DNA of 64,000 nucleotides, taken from NCBI RefSeq assembly GCF_009914755.1, contig NC_060939.1. The stretch is one strand, 5' to 3'. The position numbers were made by a program, and so were the translations under genes. The notes beneath the pieces are model-generated. The model did no database searches. It saw only the letters and a list, made by a program, of their open reading frames with translations, and was not told where the DNA came from. This DNA comes from the human T2T-CHM13v2.0 reference genome, Homo sapiens. Numbering within the stretch: position 1 is the stretch's first letter; each line of letters begins with the position of its first letter. Positions 55,500 to 64,000 of this stretch are shown in pieces.

Positions 55500-56100
55500 T
55501 ATTCTTGTCTCTCCTTCCCTTTGACTCTGTGAATATGGTAAATCACCAACACTCAGCTAACTTCTTTCTCAACATCCATTCAGATTCATCTCTTTCTTCA
55601 TCCTCCTACAGCTTTATTACTTCATGCCTAGAATTTAGCAATAGCTCCTTAATCTTTCTTGTTTCAAATTCCTTCCCATCTCATATACTGCCTAATTCTT
55701 TAATCTTCCTATAATACTACTTTGACTATTTCAGTCACCAATTGAAGACCCATATTGGCTCTTTTTTGCCTGTTGGGTTTAGTTTAAATCTCTTAAACTA
55801 GCACCCAAAGCTGTCAAACAATTGGCTCTAACTCGACTGTCCAATCTTCTCACTGTTCAATATACACCTAGTAGTTTCTTTAGTCCATTGTATTTATCAT
55901 GATTTACACAAGTTGCAAATTGATTCTGCCTCTGAGTTTTGTCTATACTGTCCCCACTGCTTAGAATATCTCTACTTCCTACTGTCAATCAATCCATACC
56001 CTGCTCTGCTCTTAAGGACAAAGCTCAAGTTTAATGAGCTATTCCCAAACTTGCCCCTGCCTTATAACAATTTTTTTCCTTCTCTGAATCCTATTGCACT
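55500..56100 (+). mobile_element. L2 fragment (duplication copy A)
   Basis: tcatgcctagaatttagcaatagctcctt...tttaaatctcttaaactagc. Confidence 0.65.
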
Positions 56101-57419
56101 CTAATATAGTAATTGATTGCACACACACACACACATATGCACACACACACACATATATATATGCAATGTTTATGTATATGTGTATTCATCTACTTCAGTT
56201 AAACAAGCATATATTGACAATTCTACCATGTTTGTATCAAGCACTGTATGATAAATATATGTTGAGTGTGATAAAAGTAAAAGTAACTATTGCCTTTTTA
56301 AAATTCCCCATGTAATCTGGTAAGGAAATAGAACGTCAAAAAGTACTTAATACTATTAATACTTGCTTACTAACTGATCCATATTAATAATCTATTGATA
56401 AAATATATAATAAATTTTATATACAAAGATCTTTCCAGTCTTGTCATCATGCCTACATAATCTTATCTATTGCCATACAAAGGTCTGTGTTATATATTGG
56501 CAAGTCCTTTAGAATCTGTTTTTAAAAATAACTTATTTAACAAATGCAGCAATCACTATGTGAGGTAAAAACACATCTATACTTTTAAAAAATTCTGTCA
56601 GTCACAGGTTTGAAAGCACAAGATATTTGATAGCATTGATAGTGATGCTAGTCCTGTATACAATTTAAATAGAATCCATCAGGAAAAGCAAGAGATCAAA
56701 ACTTTTTGCTTTTGAAGTACTTCATCCCTTATCCTTGAAAGCTTAGTGTGTTCAGCAGTTCACGCTCATAGGCCTTCTTAGAATGAATCATGTAACATTT
56801 TTCAGCTTTTCTCCCTTTTCTTTATTCCTGTCTGTTATTGTTTTGCTAGGTGGCAGTGCTTATCTCAATTCAATTTTAAGTTTCTATAGTTTACAGCGTT
56901 AATTATTAATTTTTCATATTTCTCATTTATTGTACATGTCACTCAACTAGCTATTCATCTGTCCAACTTTTATGATATTGCTCTATAATGAAAAAAGAAA
57001 AATGTTACTTTCTTGCTAATAAATCTTCCTAATTATCTCCATTCACTGTTTCAAAAATAATATTGGAATTTTTATTCCCTTTCAGAAGATAAATATTTAC
57101 CATGCCTTAATGTTATTAAGGTTAAATCACAGGTGATATTTTATTGTCTTCTAAATACTTCATTTTCAAATTTTCTACATTAATATATATGATCTTTATA
57201 ATCAGAATAACAATAGCAAATGTGGTTTAAAAAATTATCTTCACATTCAGTTTTTATGGAGCTGGAAGAGTGGGATGTTGGTGCAGCATTGATGTATTAA
57301 ATAGCATGGTCTTCTACATAAATGATCAAACCTGGCACCCACATTGCTCATCTCATTCAATTAACTAAACTTACTGAAACTCCATAATTTCATAATAATG
57401 TAGTCATTGTTACCATATT

Positions 57420-58030
57420 TTAGTGGTGACTGTGTCCTGAATCTTCTTCTTGAATCTGTTCCTTTATCCAGTAATCACCAAGATTGCTCAACTCTTCTTA
57501 CCTAATGTCCCTCAGTCTCATCTCTTCCTCACTACTTTCATGACCTCATTAAATTGTACCTAAAGTTTAGCAATAGCATCCTATTTGTTTTTCTGTTCCA
57601 AGTCCTCGTCTCAATTCCTGTTTAGTTACCTAATATTCCTAAAATGTCATTTAAACTATGTCAATTACCAATTGTAGAACCCATGTTGTCTCTCTAGGGC
57701 TCACTGAATTTGGGTAAAATTCTTTAAACTAGAAATCAAAACCATCAACAAATTGGTTCCATCCATCTGGTCCAATCTCCTCACTGTTCACAAACTTCAT
57801 AGTATCCTTAGACCATTGTTCTCATGTCATTTTGTACACGCACCATACTTCCTTGTGTCTCTGGGATTTGTCTATATTGTCTCTATCATCCAGAATGTCT
57901 CAACTTCTCACTATCAATCCATACCCTGCTCTGCCATCAAGAACAAAATCAAGATTCTCCTCTTTAATGATTACCAGACTTGGTCCTGCCTTACGATGAT
58001 TTTTCTCTTCTATAAATTCCCACTGCATGT
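57420..58030 (+). mobile_element. L2 fragment (duplication copy B)
   Basis: taatcaccaag...tttagcaatagcatcct...ctttaaactag. Confidence 0.65.
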
Positions 58031-58091
58031 CAATCTATGCCATTAATCTAGCATTTAGAGAATTTTTATCTCTATCTCAATAGAGGATGGA

Positions 58092-58203
58092 TAGGCATAC
58101 CTGTATGTCTATCTATCCATCCATCTACACTTATCTACTTAAGCAACTAGGCATACCTGTGTGTCTATCTATCCATCCACCTACACTCATCTACTTAAGC
58201 AAC
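58092..58203 (+). repeat. 56-bp tandem duplication (2 copies, 3 mismatches)
   Basis: taggcatacctgt(a/g)tgtctatctatccatcca(t/c)ctacact(t/c)atctacttaagcaac x2. Confidence 0.95.
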
Positions 58204-58272
58204 ACAAATACACACACACTTATGTTATATATGTCCACATCTATTTCAGTTACACAAATATATAAAGGGGTC

Positions 58273-58290
58273 TGTGTATGTATGTATGTG

Positions 58291-58321
<31 letters not shown>

Positions 58322-58333
58322 ATGTATGTGTGT
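58273..58333 (+). repeat. (TA)n/(TG)n compound microsatellite
   Basis: Directly visible. Confidence 0.9.
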
Positions 58334-58668
58334 AGTCAATAGTACAGTGTCAGGCACTGTAATAGTGTTAATAAAATCCATGCTTCAAAATTTAAAACAA
58401 TTACATACCTATAGATATATAATCAATTTTATGAGGATCAGATTTGGAACAAATGAGCCTTTGGAACCACTAAGAACCATAAGTGATAGCTGACAGACTG
58501 TCAAGAAAAAAACTTCCTAAGTCTTTAGCATGTCAGTTGTAGAGCACATGTATAAGTTACCATTGTGCTTTGACCCTAACAGTAATTTTAATGCTTGAGT
58601 CTTAAATATAAATATGCATATATTAAACAACTGCCAAACCAGTATCAACTCTATTGCCTTAGTGGGAG

Positions 58669-58673
58669 ACACA

Positions 58674-58708
<35 letters not shown>
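58669..58708 (+). repeat. (CA)n microsatellite (others at ~56120-56153 and ~61349-61377)
   Basis: Directly visible. Confidence 0.95.
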
Positions 58709-58711
<3 letters not shown>

Positions 58712-59079
58712 AAACATAGAGTCAGCAATAAATTCAAAAAATTCAGTTGAACAAAGAAACGTATATTGTCAAGAACTGCAATTTCAGTTTTGTTTTTGTT
58801 GCAAACTTTCTGGTTGACTTCATTCTGTGTTTAACAAGGTCCAGTATTGTCCTGGAAGTCCATGTTACAAGACGGACTTTATTAGTGAAAACTTTTCCTA
58901 ACATTTTGCTAGATTTATACATTGCACTGATTTACTCTAATGAAAACTTAGCTGTCCTCTTAGGATACTGCTTCCCCTGCAATCCTCTCAGTTGGAGGCT
59001 CTTTTTTTTCCCTCACACAGTATTCATACCAGTCTAGAGGTGTATGGTAGGTATATGTATGCCTGCTACACATTCTATG

Positions 59080-59290
59080 TAACTTATTTAATCACACTTG
59101 TTGGTTATTGTCTGTCTCTCCTCACTAGCCCATAAGTTCCATAAGGAAAAGGATACTGTTTTGTTCCCTTATGTATCCGAAGCTCCTTTAAGAGCAGCTG
59201 TTAAGCACTCAGTAAATATATTTAATACTCAGGAAATATAAGGACTCAGTAAATGTTCATTGCACTCAGCAAATATTTATTAAACTAATG
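59080..59290 (+). mobile_element. L2 3' end
   Basis: ttattgtctgtctctcctcactag...gcactcagtaaata. Confidence 0.7.
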
Positions 59291-60159
59291 GACAAACCAA
59301 TTCCAATTCAGTGACAGAATAATAAGCACACCTCACTGCAAAGAGTCATTCTAATACCTAAGCATGATACAAATGTCATTGTTGCAAATGAATAGAAATA
59401 TATCACATTGTTTTATGCAAACTGATGACTAAATCTCTCAGGTATTCAAAGTCTTATCATTCACTTCTCCATAACACAGCATTTTAATGTCATTTAGTAT
59501 AATATGCTAATAATTCATTTCATAATATAATGGAAACCTGCTGTTTCAAAATTAAACCCAGCCCCTCTGACTAATGCTACCAACCAACAGACCAATATAT
59601 CTGGGGGAGGTATTTGCAGGCGATCTTATGGTAGACATGGAAAATTATCTTGGAAGTTAAATAACTTGAAATTGCTTGGTGAGCATGGCATCAAAGCAAA
59701 AGGAGAGAAAACAGGTTTGAAATATACATATTCTCCAAATTATGATGAAATCTAACTCATAATAATCTGAATAGTTCCGTTAAATTTCTACCAAATTTCC
59801 GGTTCTTTGGGCTACTCTGTGCCTTATGTTATTCACTCTGCTTCTGTTCATATAGTCTTTCTCTACACAGTATAAAATACAACTAACAACAATATGACTT
59901 AACAAATTGCTACCACTTTGGGAGTTTGTATGTCTGACCATATTAATAGCATATTTCTGGGGTTTCCTCACTCCTTAGCTGTGCAAATTTCTTGGTTTTC
60001 TTTTAATGATGTATAATGAAAAGCATAATGTGGAAATTTTACTGGCTTAGTTCTCAAAGTGCTATTTTATATCCTACTTCTAATGGTTTCTTTTTTATTA
60101 TCCCTGAGCATTGCTAATAGTGAAGAGGTAGCAAAATTAGAGGTGCAAACTAAAATCCG

Positions 60160-60551
<392 letters not shown>

Positions 60552-62604
60552 TCATTTGCTAAATATCACCTAGTACTTGTGTATGAGTAACTACTGTGTT
60601 TCTTTTTATTTTTTATCTCCTTACAGTGCCAAGTACAGTAATGTGTACTAGGTACATAAAAGTACATGATAGTTAAATATAAGGATTTTTCTTATTGCTT
60701 GCGGTTTAAGCTACAGTTTATAAAAAGAATGAGACTTGTTATTGTTTTAGCTTTAAAATCCAACAAAGAGAAAAAACTGAATTTAGAAATTGGGGGAGAG
60801 GTATAAAAATAGTTTTTAAAAATGATCTTTATTTGAGTTCAAAAGCTTAAATGGTATTGTACCACAATAAAGAAATTAACATTAAAATTTTAGTCTTGTA
60901 AATAATCTAACAATACACTGCTTAAGAGGAGCTGGCTTATAAATCATGAGTCATTCCAGATACTGAAATTCTATAACTGCTTACATTCCAGTCCTAAAAA
61001 GGGAGATATCATGACATTTTGTTTGGAAGGCAAATTTTAACTATCCACTGTGTGTTTATTTCATTAAAAACAAAACAGAAAGTCCTCTTTGTAAAATTCT
61101 GGAAAAAAGTTAACTCCACATTACAATAAGCATCTCAAATGTCGAAAAAAATTATGTTTTAAATATGTTTTAGATTAGAAGAAGCAATCCTAAGACAGCA
61201 GTATATATGGAATACAGAATATTTCTTTTAAGTCATATATATGTATATGCATGCATATGTACATATACTAATGTTTTACCCTAGTTCTGCTCTTTATCTG
61301 CCTTAGCCTTCCTCCAGCACACAGAATAAGGTTTTAGTATACACAAAGTCACACACACACACACACACACACACACAGCTATAGAGAAAGAGGAGTTCTC
61401 AAATCATGAATCCTAAACCACCAGTCTCTATTACTAATTACACCTGAACAGTCAGCAATCACTTTGGAAGATTATTCAGCACCTATGGATAGAAGTCTTT
61501 AAAGAACAAAATGCTGGAAAAGGGGAATATAGAAATATTCTACTCACCTCATTTTTCAGTTGTAAAAATAAAGCTCAGAGGGGTTGTATGACCTGCTCAA
61601 AGACATTCAAGTTCTTTATGTGCAAGTTGAATACATTAGAGCAGATGAAACATTAGGGACTATAGTATAGGAAAGCCTCCAAACAAAAGCATACTTATGG
61701 CACCAGTAAATACATGATCTGAATCTTATGTTCAGAGAATTCTCCACAATGATGACTGTGTCCAGACTGGGGGTAAGGTACACAGAAACTGTAAAGCAAC
61801 AAGCAGGATATGGAAGCTCTCAGATACCATGAGCCAAGCCCCTTTGCAATGATTTCCTATAGGATAGGAATGTTTCAGTTTCTCACCGTCAATCCATACC
61901 CTGCTCTGCCATCAAGGACAAAATCAATGAGTTGGGGGAGGCACTCACTGACCACTAACTGATATAAAAACACAGAAGATAGTTTTAAAAGTAGATTAAA
62001 GCTCTGGAGAAATATGAGATGCTCAAAGTTCAAAAAAGAAACTCATAAATTTGAACAAACTTCTTTCTTAAGTAGATTTCCTAGTAGTCACAATCTAAGC
62101 AGAAGATTATAGAAAAAATACCTCTTTAGTGATCTTTACCTCTTTGAAATGTTACAACAACTTCTCTTTTAATTCCACCATCAAAAACAGCGGTGTGTGG
62201 TAGACATGTAATTCTCAATGGAGGCTGTGTTTCTTTTAGAGGTTTAGAAATTCTGGCCCATTGTTGCCATTGTGCCTCTGCACCACTTTGGCCCCAAAGT
62301 GTGAATTTTCCAAGTCCCCTAACCATTGCTTGCTATTTCTAGAGAAATTCGTACACGAAACTGGAAAACAAGTAAATTTTTGTCCAGTCTTCTGCTACCT
62401 TTCTGGCCTTTCTACTAGCATCTTTCCTCATTCACCCTCATCTATTAAAATTTAATCCAGGAAAAGACCTAAAAACTCATTCACATTTGCCATAAATGAA
62501 GTATTAAGGCTATGGTAACTCTCATAAGTTACAATACTTATTCTACAATGATAATTTTAAGCCTTAATTTAATTATAAGCCTGTAAAATCAAATGACTGA
62601 TAGG

Positions 62605-62810
62605 CAGTACGTGAAGTGGTTATGAGTTCAGACTCTGTGGCCAAAATTTCTTGAATTTCAATTTATAGTCTAGCACTGATCAGTTATGTGGCTTTAGGAA
62701 AATTACTTAATCAACTTATATTGTGGTTTTGTCACTTATAAAAATGAAGATGATAATAAAAGTCACCTGTCACATAAAAGGATTACTCATTTATGAGAGT
62801 AAGGCAGTTA
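62605..62810 (+). mobile_element. MIR SINE
   Basis: agtggttatgagttcagactctgtggccaaa...aaattacttaa. Confidence 0.65.
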
Positions 62811-63071
62811 ATAGAGCCTTAGCTCTCTTAAGTTAACACACTTTATCAAGTACATATTTCAAACTGAAGATTTTCCCAGGTTGAACATGAACTATTAAAT
62901 TAAAATTTGAGCAATGAATTAAAAGAAACAGCCACTATAACTTGGCCCTTGCTCCCACAGCTTAGACCATCTCATCCAGAAACAAAAATATCTTGTCACG
63001 TTTTAGCGTCAGATATAAAAAGCGTATTTCAAATATTTAGAGATAAATAAAATATATAATACACTTTCAAG

Positions 63072-64000
<929 letters not shown>

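Overview
AT-rich, CpG-poor primate genomic DNA; an apparently consensus-identical AluYa5 points to human. The only protein-coding sequence is the last two coding exons of FGF7 (keratinocyte growth factor) on the + strand: 47507-47610 and 48666-48860. Both are intact, and the ORF track missed them. They are followed by a roughly 4.2 kb AU-rich 3' UTR region with several candidate poly(A) signals. Bases 1-47506 fit the long upstream FGF7 intron; the first coding exon is not in the window. Bases ~53150-64000 are 3' flank. Everything else is interspersed repeats (Alu, L1, L2, L3/CR1, MIR, MLT1 LTRs, MER/MADE1 DNA transposons) and microsatellites. I found no new protein-coding system. The best second-look items are structural or regulatory: (1) an Alu carrying ~80 nt of non-Alu sequence inside its target-site duplication (candidate Alu 3' transduction); (2) a 60-bp templated insertion with a snap-back hairpin junction; (3) a candidate distal FGF7 poly(A) signal apparently created by a small deletion in an antisense MLT1 LTR; (4) an ancient ~1.9 kb tandem duplication; (5) a same-strand TGACA(G) motif cluster in the intron. 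Repeat subfamily calls come from recalled consensus sequences, and the boundaries of old repeats are approximate.
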